From Proteromonas lacertae (Eukaryota), in contig NGBS01000305.1 in NCBI GenBank assembly GCA_002245135.1, positions 184,517-204,516 on the forward strand: a stretch of 20,000 bases of DNA, in the 5' to 3' direction. Numbering within the stretch: the first letter of the stretch is position 1; each line of letters starts with the position of its first letter. The notes below the pieces were generated by a model. The model was given only the letters and a program-made list of their open reading frames with translations, ran no database searches and was not told where the DNA came from. Below, one piece after another: positions 1-12,087 of this stretch. Both the position numbers and the translations under genes were made by a program.

Positions 1-3000
1 TGGTGTAGATGGCCTTGTTATATCTTCTTTAGATGGTATATATAAATAATTAATAATAGATGATTCATTAAAAAACGATCTTGGAATAACAAATGGAATT
101 CATAGAAAGAAAATCATAAATGCCATAACAGAAATAATCCAAACTAATCCAAAACCATCATCAGCATTATCTCCAGTTTTATCTTCCAATAAAATTGCAG
201 AATCTCGTGATGGCAATACTTTCTCCAGAACAACCACCAGCAACGCCAGTAGCAGAATTAAAACCATCAAATACCTTTAAAGAAAAACATATTACATTTA
301 AAGAAAAAGGCCCAAAGAAAGAATCAGATTTTGGATTACAAAGAACTAAATCACTTAGATCCAAAATGAATTACAAATTATTACATAGGAATAGAACTGT
401 AAGAATCTTCGTCTCATCAACTTTCAGAGATTTTGCTTTAGAAAGAGATTATCTATTTCAATTCATCTTCCCTGAGTTAGAAAAAAAGTGTGTAGAAAGG
501 GGTGTATTTTTCATACCCGTAGATTTACGTTGGGGTTTAACTGCCGAAGAAAGTGGTAGTGGAGAAGTTGTGAGATTGTGTTTACAGGAGATCGATGCTT
601 GTAGACCATTCTTTTTAGGAATGTTAGGAGATAGATATGGATGGCATATGCCACCAGGTGGAAAAGATGAATTACTAGAAAAAACAATAAAAATTGGAAC
701 TGTATAAATATATCTATATTATTATTATTATCATTTATTTATTTATAGGATTATTTCCCTTGGGTTGCAGATTATAGTGATAGAAGTGCAACTGAGTTGG
801 AGATACGACATGCTGTATTAAATGATCCTACTTCAATGATTCATCATTATTTCTATTTTAGACATCCAAATTTCCCAGAAGTATTACATATATATTATTA
901 TTTATTATTTATATAGTCTTTACCACCAAATGAAAGATCAATTTATTACAGTGAAACACCTCACGCAGCAAAGTTACAAAAAGCATTGAAAAATGAAATA
1001 AAAGCAGGCAATAGATCCTTCAAGATTAATGGAGAATTATCAAACAGTGGAAGAGTTTGGAGCAAGGGTTTTACAGAACTTTTCAGAGGCAATTGATATA
1101 GAATTCCCTCCAAATACTAATGTATTTTTTATATAATAAAAATTATTAATTATTATTTCTATTAAAATAGTGTTCTGAATTAGATAAAACAAGAGATCAA
1201 CACAAATCATTTGCAGAAACAAGACTTCGTACATTTGTAGGAAAACCAGAACAATATACTTCATTAGATAATGCAATATTAAGAGAATCAAGACCAACTG
1301 TATTAACTGGAGAAAGTGGTGTAGGAAAAACAGCCTTAATAGCCAATTGGATTCAATCATTTAAACGTAAACATAATGAAGTGATTATGAATACAGCATT
1401 ATATTGGTTGTACAGCTGAAAGTATTACAATTAGTAATATAGCTTGGAGAATAATGGCTGAATGTATTGATAAATTATCAATTCAAGTATTTTTATATAT
1501 TTTTATTTTTACATTTTTTCATTTAATTTCTTATTGTTTAGAATTATGAAATTCCATCAGATACAACCAAAAGAATCAATTGTTTAGGAGAATTCCTAGA
1601 AATGGCTGGTGAAAAAGCAGAAAATGAAAAGAAATACATTATCTTAGTCTTAGATGGTCTTCATCAATTAGAGAATACAGATACTGCTACAACATTAAGT
1701 TGGTTACCACGAATATTACATCCAGGAATAAGAATATTATCATCAACATTAGAAGGACCAGCTTTAGTAGCATGGAGAGAAAGAAAGTGGAGAGAACAGA
1801 AACGTATATATTTTCAATATAATAAAAATTGTTATTATTATATAAATAGTTGAACCATTAGATCAAGAATGTCAGAAAGAGATAGTTACAGAATATTTAG
1901 GTAATTATGGTAAGAGATTATCAGATGAACAATTGAATATTGTAATAGAAAAAGATCAAACAAAGAATGCATTATTCTTACAGACTTTATTGAATGAAAT
2001 TAGGACTTTTGGTTCATTTGAATTGTTAGTTACTAAAATACAACATTATTTGGAAGCACAAAAGTATAATTATTTATAAATGAATTATATTATTAAAAAT
2101 AGTACTTATGAATTATTTGGTAAAGTATTGGAAAGATTAGAAGGTGCTTATGGTACAACATTAGTTAAAGACACAATGTGTTTGATCTATTGTTCATATC
2201 CTATTTATTATTAATATTATTATTATATATTTTTATTATTTTCTTTAATTTCTATTTTTTTTTTTTACAAGAGAAGGAATCACTGAAGATGAATTACTTC
2301 GAATCTTACAAATCCCTCGAGCTGGTAACTTCACAGCCTTCCGATTAGCTACACAAGAACATTTATGTAATAGAAGTGCTGGTTTATTAGGTTTCTTCCA
2401 CGATAGTCTGCAACAAGCTGTGAAATATCGATACTTAGAGAATCACAGTGATATTAGTTATTACCATACTGAACTAGCAGAATTCTTCTTAAAGGAAAGT
2501 CAAGATGGTCAAAGAGCTAATCGTCAATCAGTTGAATTACCATATCAACTAGAATACTGTCAAAGATGGAATGAATTATCACGTTATTTATCTAAACTAT
2601 CAAGTTTTAAGATATTAAGTGGTAGTGAGAATGGTAATGATGATTTATGTCATTATTGGAGAAGGTTAATGGAAAGAGGAATTAGTCCAGCTTTGATGTA
2701 TAAAGAAAGCTTATCAGAATATGAAATTAAAGCATCTAATACGTATAAATATATTTTTAATTATTTTATTTATATATTTAAATAGAAGTAATATAGTTCA
2801 ATGGTTAATAAGTTTAGGTGACTTTTTAGAAAATTTATTACTATACAAAGATGCATTGTTGCTGTATGAAAGAGCCTTAGAAATGATGAAAGCTAATGGA
2901 GATAATGAAACACTCGAAATCGGTAGTACTTTAAAAAGAATCGCTAATTTATACAATGCTCAAGGTGATTTAAGTAAAGCAGCTAATCTTTATAAAGAAT

Positions 3001-3851
3001 CACAAAAAGTATTTGAATCAATCAAAGGTGAAACAGATCCTGAAGTTCAAAGAATAATTGGTAATTTAGCCAATATATTAAGAATTCAAGGTAAATTCAG
3101 TGAAGCTTTGCCATTGTATGAAAAAGTAGTTTATATTACTGAAAAAACACTTGGTAAAAATCACATAGATGTAGCAACACATATTAACAATGTCGCTAAT
3201 ATATTACGTGAGTTAGGAAGACATGAAGAAGCGTTAGAATTGTACAAAAAGTCATTAGAAATTACTGAAAAATTCAGAGGTGTAAATCATATAGATTGTG
3301 CTAGAACATTGCACAATATGGGATTGAGTAAACGTAATTTGGGACAACATCAAGAAGCCTTAGAAATGATGGAAAAAGCATTACAAATACTTGAAAAAGG
3401 ATTAGGTAAAGATCATCCAGAAGTTGGTGTTATTGTTGGGAATATTGGTATAACTTATACATTTTTAAAAGAGAATGAAAAGGCGTTACCTTTATTAGAG
3501 AGAAGTTTAGAGATTAATAAGAAGATTTATGGTGATCTACATCCAAAAGTGGCTGGTGCATTGGGTAATTTAGCAAGAATGTATGAAATGTTACAGAAGT
3601 TTGATAAAGCAAAGGAGTTATATATGGAGTGTTTGAATGTTACAGAGAAGACGTTAGGAAGTGACAATCCAAACATGTGTCGTATTCTTGGGAATTTGGG
3701 TAGATTGAATGAAAGAGAGGAGAAATGGAAGGAAGCTATAGAGTATTATGAGAAAGGATATGCGATTGGAGTGAAATGTTTAGGAGATAATCATCGTTTA
3801 GTAGTTGATATTAAAAAAGCTTTAGATTCTTTAAAATTAATATCTAATTAA
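1..3851 (+). CDS. Multi-exon SAM + DUF4062 + NACHT/STAND NTPase + TPR protein (nephrocystin-3/TTC41-like architecture), 5' end outside window
   Basis: Manual splicing gives a SAM-like segment (GVDGLVISSLDDDSLKNDLGITNGIHRKKIINAI, intron 36-59) and DUF4062 motifs (VRIFVSSTFRDF..ERDYL, VDLRWG, CLQEIDACRPFFLGMLGDRYGW, SATELEI). Walker A GESGVGKT lies at 1309-1332 and Walker B is IILVLDGLHQL, followed by kinesin-light-chain-type TPR repeats to TAA 3849-3851. There are apparent +1 frameshifts at ~1000-1030 and ~1390; 176-200 is either a 25-nt intron or another +1 shift. Confidence 0.85.
2196..2268 (+). other. U12-type (minor spliceosome) AT-AC intron, 73 nt
   Basis: Donor is TC|ATATCCTA, branch-site-like TTCTTTAAT is at 2241-2249 and acceptor is TTTTAC|A. 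Removal restores the reading frame C-S-R-E-G-I-T-E-D-E-L. There is no GT donor at this junction. Confidence 0.85.
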
Positions 3852-4393
3852 TTAAAGAATAACTTTGTTATTATAAATTAAAATGATGTTCAATGTGTTT
3901 TTTTTTTAAATGAAAATAATTGAAACGAATATAATTTTTAATATAAAATTGGTGTTTCATAATTTTCATCAAAATTTAAATCATTCATATTTTCTAAATG
4001 AATGGCTTAGTTAATTCACTGATATAATATTCTAGTTTATTTGTAAGTAAAATTATAGTTTATAGGAATGTAATATATAAAATCCAGTGTTTGGTGGTTT
4101 TACTCATACAACAACAGAATGAGTATAATATGTGAGTAGATGATGTAAGTAGAATATGATAGAATAATATGATAGAATAATTCTTCACAGTTATTTGGAA
4201 TTTGCTGAATTTATACTTAGAGAGTTTAATAATGAATTGTTGTTGTTTAGTGGTGTATAGAACGTGTGGTGATATAATAATCTTTATTCCTAAAAGTGAA
4301 ATTATTCTCAACTTCGCTAGTTTTTTGTGAGAAAGTTCTTATCTTCTTCTTCAAGCAATAGTAACAACATTTTATTATTCTGAACTAGTATAA

Positions 4394-6920
4394 ATGAATA
4401 ATAAATTGTCTCTTGGATTATTTGTAATTGTTTTTATTGCATTTAGCTATGCTCAACCCAAAAAATCTTTAGCAATTGAAAAAATATGGAAGTTTGAAGG
4501 AGATACTATTGGAATCAATGGATTTAAAACATTTAATGGATATAACTATATATCTACCTCAACTGCTTCTGATGTTGAATTTGAGAATTACGGTGATAGA
4601 TCTTCCTCAGTATTCAAAATCCCTGAGTATATTTATATGCATTTTTATATAATACTATTAGTTCAATTAAAACTGGTATGTCAAACATTAATCTTCAAAA
4701 ATTTCTTGCTTCCAATTTCACTGAAAGATGGTCTAAAGTGATTGGCGGATTAGGATCAGATATAGTAAATGATTTTGCACTTAATGAATTCGGAGATGCA
4801 ATAATTGCAGGAAAATTCCAGAATCTTCTTCAATTAGGTGATTTTTACATCGGAAGTGGTCAAGGCAATTTAGCAAGTGGATTTGTAGCATTTGTAAGTG
4901 GTGGAGATGGTGAAATAAAATGGGGTGAACCAATCTATGGATTTAGTGATTATAAATCTGTTATATATCATGCACAAGATAAAACATTAGTAGCAGTTGG
5001 ATGGCATATTGGTGAATTAACTGTGATTGGAAGTAAAAAAGAAGTAGCAGCTCAATATTTACTTCCATCATTAGATCAAGATACATTTATTGTTAAATAT
5101 TCAACTGAAGGTGAATTATTATGGGCTAAGAGTTTAACAGGTGAAGGAAATCAAGTAATAGAGAAAGTAATAGATAATGGAGGTGATATCTATGTAATTG
5201 GTACATTTGAGAAAGAAATTAAAGCTGATAACAAAGTGTTATATACTTCAAATGGTGGTAAAGATGTATTTGTTGCAAAGTATGGAAATGAGGGTGTTTT
5301 AGTGTGGTTGAAACAATTTGGTAGTAAAAGTGATGATACTGCAGGAGTATATATATATTATTTATTTAATAATTATTGTTTATAGACTATATTTTTCCAA
5401 AAAGATAAGTTATATATTTCATTTACTATCAAGTATATACATTTTTTTTGTTTTTATATAATATTCTTTTATTAGTGATGTATTAGCATTAGCATTTAAC
5501 GCTACAACCCATACATTAAAACCAGGTGTTGTATTATTAGAAATAGATACAACTGGTTTACCAGTTTGGGTTAGAAATATGGAAGGAGATGTAAAAACAA
5601 ATGAAATGGTGTTTGATGCTACAAGTATTTATTTATAATATTATTATTTTATCATTTAGAATATTTCTTTTTAAGTGGTACATTTTTAAAGAATGTCACC
5701 TTCCAATCTGTTAAATTAGATGGTTGTAAGAGTGAACATGGTTGTTTCTACCTTGCTACTTTTGATTTGAATGGAGGACTAGTTCAATTTGTGAATTTGT
5801 TCTCAATGACAAGTTCTACTACGTTATTAGAAACTCGTATATATATATATTAATTAATATTTTATAGATATTACAATTGATGGTAAAACAACTTATTTAA
5901 CTATCTCACATAATGGTGAAGTAGAAATAACTCCATCAGAGAAATTTGGTTCATTAGCCAAGTTAAATTCAACTGTTTTAAATAGTGTTATTCATAATGC
6001 AATCAGTCATATTATTACATTGAAAGATGAAGGTATTTATAATTATTATATTAATATATATGTATGTATATATAGATGTTTCACCTCCAGTTATTACCAA
6101 TATGACAGATTTAACAAAAATAGTAAACCAATTTTCCGATTTGAGATTACCTGTTGAATTTACCAGTAATCCATTCCCAATAGTTGAATGGTTTAAAGAT
6201 GGGAAATTATTAGCTAATCAAACAAACATTCCTCTTCTTATAAAGAAAGTAAAAGAAAGTGATGCTGGTAAATATATTGTTAAATTAACCAACTCACAAG
6301 GAACTGTGCAATCTGCTCCAATTGATGTACAAGTATCAGCTGTCCCACCATCAGTTGTATTACCAGAAAAGAAATATTTATTTGGTCAAGTCGATCATAG
6401 TCGATTATTTGATATTAGCATTGATTATGTTGATGATAAATCAAATGTAAAATTAACAGTAAAATCAAATGATACTTCAATCATTGATGAATCTTCTTAT
6501 TCTGTATTAGGTAAGAAAGATAAAAGAGCAATTACAATATTCCCATCAGGTAAATCAGGAAATGTAGAATTAGAATTAGAATCAAGTGATGGTACTTTAA
6601 CCAACAAAACCAATATGGTATTATATATATATGATGCAAAAGCCAAAACACCCAGTCTTGATAAAGAATGTGAAGATAAGAAGATGGCTGTTTTAGATTA
6701 TGTTTATTTCATTGGTGGAGGTATTGTTGGTGTAATATTGATTGAAGTTGTTGTTATTGTTGTGATGAAGAGTTATTATAGCAATAGAAATATGCATTTA
6801 AGTGTTTGTCATGTTCAAGATAGATCAACAACAACAAGAACTACAACAACTCCTACAAATAGTCATAAAAAAGAGAATTATGGAACTGTTACTACTGAAT
6901 TATCTCCAAATGGAGTATAA
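4394..6920 (+). CDS. Type I membrane/surface protein: signal peptide, SBBP-like beta-propeller repeats, Cys-less Ig domain, second Ig/cadherin-like domain, TM helix, short Thr-rich tail
   Basis: Hydrophobic N-terminus MNNKLSLGLFVIVFIAFSYA. Repeats DTFIVKYSTEGELLWAKSL and DVFVAKYGNEGVLVWLKQFG. Ig motif VEWFKDGK..DAGKYIVKLTNSQG. TM segment YVYFIGGGIVGVILIEVVVIVVM. Six GT-AG introns splice into one continuous frame. Confidence 0.8.
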
Positions 6921-7032
6921 ATAATAAATATCTTTCTATTATAATTTCATTTCATTTTTTTTCAATAATAAAAACACATTCTATTAAATATTATTTAATA
7001 AATTATATAAAATCACAAATTTATAATATCTT

Positions 7033-9062
7033 TCACATCCATAATATATAATTACTCATATACTTAATAAACATCACAATATACTCAATTACCACTTCCA
7101 CAGAAATGCTAAAGGTTGTATCAATCTCAATTAATTGTTTGTATAAAAGAATAGCTAATTCAGTAAGTCCTTCTATTATTAATAAATAAATAAAAAGAGT
7201 ATAAAAATACGATTTAAAGATTTCTGCAGTAATGGGAATAAGTTGTTTAACTTAATTGATTTGTTAAAACAATACAAAATATATTGTTTTATATCTCTAA
7301 GTTTCATCTTGTCACATATGTTATAAAACTCATACAATGTAAATATGTCATTTTTATACTATCAAAATTATATTAATAATGAGATTAATACCTTATTCAT
7401 CAGACTTGCATCTTTATAACACTGTAAAAATGTCTTTAAAATACTAATATCAATATCAGTATAAAAAGATGCAATTTTCTTTGAATGAGTTAATTTACAC
7501 AACTTTTCCTTATTAAATTTCACTATTTTACTACTTTTAATATCAGGTCCAATTCTTATTTCATAATTTGCATTCTTTAATAAATCTTGACATTCATATA
7601 AACCACAATCACTATTTACATCATTATCACTTAATAACAACACTGACTGTAAGAGACTCATGACGAATGGAGTATCTAATGAATTGCTTATCAGTAATTG
7701 ATATATTATTCCATTCTCTTTAGAATATAACATTCTATCAGAATCTTTCAATAGTGGAGATAAATATATTAATGATATAAAACAGTTGTAAAGTCTTCCT
7801 TCATCATTCTTACAGAGATTTGGTATTTGTATCAAATAATCAAACTATAAAAGAGTATAGAATAGTCGAAACAAAAATACATTGTAGTTAATAATGAATA
7901 TTTGAATAATTAATACACAAAATTGATTTATATCTTCATCATTAATATTCTTCTTATGAAGCAAATCTAATAATTGAATAATTATTCCTGATGACAAAAG
8001 ATAATTGTATTTCTTTTCATTAGCAAGTATATTAATCAATCTTTGACTTTCCAATCTGATTTCTTCATTCTTTGATGTAAAATATACTGATATTTTTGTG
8101 TGTAATAAACATGTAAAGTTAAATATATATTCACAACATTTCTTTAAATAAATATAAGTGTTTAACAAGAAGTTTAGCAGATGTAAAGATGAAGCAATAA
8201 TTATATCATTATTGGAATGTGTTGTTACTTCTATTATTAGTGAAATAATTGATTCTATTTCTTTTTGTACTTTTAATGTTGAGATTTGATTCTCAATTAT
8301 TCTTAGCGAATAACTTAATGTATTTATCTCTTCATTACTAATATCATTATTTAGACATTCTAAAGAATAATAATAATAATAATAACAAATATATACTTTT
8401 AGCATAATTCATTTATATTATCAATCAATATTCTATATAACGCATTAACATTAGTTAGCAATTCTGAACCATCTTTTCTTTTACTTACATGAGAGAGTAA
8501 TTTAAATGACTTTTCACTGTGATAAGATATATCTTTAACTATTATCATTATATTATCTGTTGTTAAATATGGTATATAGATTATTAAATTATCAAGAATT
8601 GGATATATTGTTTTGTAATAAGAGGTATAATGATTAAATAGATAGGAGTAAAGAGATGCTGGAATACGTTCTGCAAATAGCTGTTTTGATGTTTCAGGTA
8701 TGTTTGTAGTTATTAAAAGAGTATTGACAACACATTGCCTCTAATTAGAATAAGATAATATAAGAATATAGATATACTTGAATTTGTTCATTATAACTAT
8801 TTATAGATGATAATAAAGGAAGCCAGTTGTTATTCTCTAACTCAATTAACTAAATATTAAAAGAATTGATTTATACATTTTTTATTAACTGTTTATTTTG
8901 TAAAAGATAACAGCTACACGAAAAAAACGTTCTAACAGCTATCAGATCATTTTTGTTCTTCATAAGCATTAAAACATTCCTAGATCACATAATACTAGAT
9001 AAACAATACTTAAAATCAGAGCAAAATGAGTTAACATTCTTTTGAAGATCGTTTTTACTCAT
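7033..9062 (-). CDS. Multi-exon hypothetical alpha-helical (ARM/HEAT-like) protein, possibly with a degenerate C-terminal BTB-like region
   Basis: ATG at 9062 and GTAT..TAG introns join ORFs 7845-8405 and 7368-7835 to a TGA at 7033-7035. Leu/Ile-rich helical pattern. One apparent +1 frameshift near 8400-8413. The domain calls are weak. Confidence 0.5.
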
Positions 9063-9188
9063 TTTTAACTGTATGGTGTATGAAAATATTCATTCCCCTC
9101 ATTTTTAATTTTTCAAAAAATAACATATAAAAAGATTGAATATAGTATTTTTTTAATGAGCATTAATATAATAAATATTGTTAGAAGT

Positions 9189-9794
9189 TTACTCCTGTGA
9201 ATCATCATCATCATCATCGTCATATTCGTAATTGTAGTTTACTTTCTTGCCTCTTGTTCTACGTCCTCTTCTACCACCATAATCATCTTCTTCATCAAAT
9301 GCTCCAGCATCTAAATCACTGTCATCACTGTCATCTTCTTCTCCTGAGAAACCATTTAAGAAATCATTGTACGACTTTGAAATAAGTGTCAATGGATCAG
9401 CCTTGTTCTTCTTATCGAAGTAAAATACGTGATTCTCGTTATCTCCATCAGTGCCTAAGAATATAAAGTTACCATTTACATCTTCTGCTATAATGAGAAG
9501 ACCTATGAATTTTGTTCTTTCCTCTTCGCTAAATTTACTTTTTATCAATGTTTGGACATTCTTCTGAGCTTGAACAATGTCAATATCAGAATCACCTCCA
9601 GCACTATAAAACAAAGCGACTTTAACAGTTCTATTATTCAAAGTAAATGTACTTGGACGAGGATGACCTCCATTGTGTCTCACAAGGAATGTTCTGTATT
9701 GAGGAGGAAATGTCAATTCTAGTTTGCTTTCAATTCTACTGAGACTACGATCAGTGACTTTAGTCCACGATTCGGTAAATTTCATACGATTCAT
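9189..9794 (-). CDS. SMI1/KNR4 (SUKH superfamily) domain protein with acidic/basic C-terminal tail
   Basis: Canonical SUKH motifs IESKLELTFPPQYRTFLVRHNGG, IIAEDVNGNFIFL, VFYFD and ISKSYNDFLNG, followed by a D/E-rich tail containing RRGRRTRGKKVNY. A short upstream exon is possible but unresolved. Confidence 0.85.
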   Translation of the reverse strand: MNRMKFTESWTKVTDRSLSRIESKLELTFPPQYRTFLVRHNGGHPRPSTFTLNNRTVKVALFYSAGGDSDIDIVQAQKNVQTLIKSKFSEEERTKFIGLLIIAEDVNGNFIFLGTDGDNENHVFYFDKKNKADPLTLISKSYNDFLNGFSGEEDDSDDSDLDAGAFDEEDDYGGRRGRRTRGKKVNYNYEYDDDDDDDSQE

Positions 9795-10407
9795 TTCTAC
9801 AATATAAATATGAGAGGGATGTTAGTGAATAAATAGATCAGTAACAAAGAGAGAAAAAAATGGTACAATAGGAAGTATTGAGCATTTGAAAGCTAAAAAT
9901 AGTGTTATAATGCAAGTATAATAGATTCATACTCTAAACTAAAAATAAAAGCGCCAAACCAATAGCCTATCAAATTGAGTCATTTTTTGAATTTTGTTTG
10001 ATTTAAGAAATATTCTTGTGTTATTATTGATCAGTGGCTTCTTTTAACTACTATAAAATTATTTTTTAATAATAAATTACATCTGCCATAACTATTTCGC
10101 TTGATTTTAACTATTTGATAATCTGACTTTGTTTTTTGAGCATTTCATTATTCTTAAAATTATTGATAGCACCATTGAAAAGCATTTAGACGCATAAAAT
10201 AAGAGTTCTATAAAATTGTGCTTATACTCAAGCATTGACTAAAAAATGTTGTATAAGTCTTTGTTTTCATTATTCTATCACATGAACAACATATTACCCC
10301 TAACCACATACATTAACAGGTTTGAGACTTTCATAAAAAATCTATTTTTCCTTATTTCTTACCTCACAATCTACATATAAAACTAAATTTAATATATAAG
10401 AGCTATA

Positions 10408-11109
10408 ATGGCAACTGTAGTAGGTCAAGCAGCAACTGTTTCATCATGGGCTTTATTTTTTGCACCAATGTATTTAATTATTGATTATTTGATTTATAGA
10501 CCAAGTATTAAGGAAATTAACAGCAAAAAGAATATCGGGAAATATTCATATCTTCCTTTTTTCTCAATTGTGTTTAATTGCACAGCTTGGGTGATTTATG
10601 GCTACTCGAAGATGGATAAGGCAGTAATATACACCAATCTACCAGGAATATTCCTTGGAATGATTTATTCTTATGTTTATTACAGATATACTCCTGACAA
10701 GTCTAAATTCTCAAAATTACACAAAGGTTATTTAACACTAACACTATTACTAGGTTTATCATACTTTTTATTACCAACAAACATAAGTCAAATGTTTTTG
10801 GGATTAGTCGCTAATTGTGGCTCAATCAGTGTATTTGGAGCACCATTATCCAAATTAGTATACTTATATATAATTCATATAAAATAGAAAGATGTTGTTC
10901 TCTCAAAATCAACAGAAGGAATGCCTTTGTGTATGTGTATATGTAATATGATCGTTTCAACATTATGGACGCTGTATGGTCATATTGTAAAAGATTGGTT
11001 TATTATATTCCCAAATTTATGTGGAATGATTTTAGCAATGATTCAGCTGTTGTTGTTTGTTATTTTTCCAGTCAGAGCACCACGATATGTTAAGGTTGAT
11101 AATGTTTAA
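10408..11109 (+). CDS. SWEET/MtN3 sugar transporter (3 exons; introns 10470-10499 and 10858-10887)
   Basis: Two MtN3 repeats: YSYLPFF..NCTAWVIYG..TNLPG and GAPL..KSTEGMP..STLWTLYG..D.FIIFPNLCG..QLLLF..P. Confidence 0.92.
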
Positions 11110-11255
11110 TTTTTTAGCTAGTTAAACATTTCATATTATCAATTTTAAATATAATTTGAAAGATTTATGAGTTTTTTTTTATTATTATTCTAAAACCAAT
11201 ACACAACATGAAATATAAATAAACGAGTATGTGTTATATATAAAAGAATACTCTC

Positions 11256-11997
11256 TTAATGTTTCATATTGTTCGCATTATTTGATTTATCGTCATCTTC
11301 AAGTTCTTTATATCCTTTTGGATAAATGCAAAACAAAAATATTTGCACAAGTGATATTAAAATGCCAATAGCATTTGGAAATGTAACTAAGAAGTTTTTC
11401 ATCAAAATTCCATAAAATGTCCAAGCTAAACTTGAGAACATACTACAACATGTCATCAGTAATGGAACTCCTTCCATTGACTTGTTTCTAATCACATCTC
11501 TCTATAATTTAATATAAACACAGGTAATAATCATACTATTTTAATTATAGGTGCTGAGTATATGCTAATAGTGCCAATATTACTGCAAATCCCATAAAAT
11601 AAACTAACTGATGAAAAATCGGCATAAAAGTACAAGAGAAACAACAATATGCAGAACAATACGAAAGTAGCATTTATTTTCCATATATAACTTCTATCTT
11701 TTGCATACAACGCATAACAAAAACAAAATATAATTCCTAAATAACTCCCAGGTAGGTTCGTGGTCATTATTGTGAAATTGTTGAGAGTATATCCATATAA
11801 AAACCATGATGTACTATTTATTATTGAAATAAAGTATGTTAAATATGAATATTGGCCAACATCTTTATTTTTCACTATTTCCCTTATTGAAGTACTAATA
11901 ACAAAATTAATTATTTTTATGAATTATACATCGGACCTAAATAAATAAGCCATGTAGAAACAAGTGCTACTTTCCCAACAAAATCAATAAACAACAT
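11256..11997 (-). CDS. SWEET/MtN3 sugar transporter paralog (3 exons)
   Basis: MLFIDFVGKVALVSTWLIYLGP|ITSIREIVKNKDVGQYSYL..SWFLYGY..TNLPG..SAPI..KSMEGVP..AWTFYG..FPNAIG..Q. Intron positions match those of the + strand copy. Confidence 0.92.
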
Positions 11998-12087
11998 TAT
12001 TTTAAATCTAAAATGAAAAATTCATTCTCAAAATAGATATTATTTCCATCAAAAAACACAACAAATACGCTTAAAATATACATTTAT

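Noticed and set aside
179..1360. Minus-strand ORFs 179-364 and 1040-1360
   Set aside because: They are antisense shadows of the NACHT-TPR gene.
1000..1420. Euplotes-style programmed +1 frameshifting or stop-codon reassignment explaining broken host frames
   Set aside because: Family-like motifs (YQTVEEFG, HYIGCT) lie in the shifted frame well upstream of the stops, so the shifts are not stop-triggered. Most genes are intact with normal stops, so indel error is the simpler explanation.
4060..4311. 83-aa minus-strand ORF
   Set aside because: It is a low-complexity intergenic ORF with a non-ATG start and no recognisable motif.
9197..9385. His-rich 62-aa ORF
   Set aside because: It is the antisense reading of the GAT (Asp) repeats of the SUKH gene tail.
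9797..9983. Upstream exon MTQFDRLL for the SUKH gene
   Set aside because: The donor (GTTTGG) is atypical for this genome and its phase does not match the acceptor before 9794, so it cannot be supported without RNA data.
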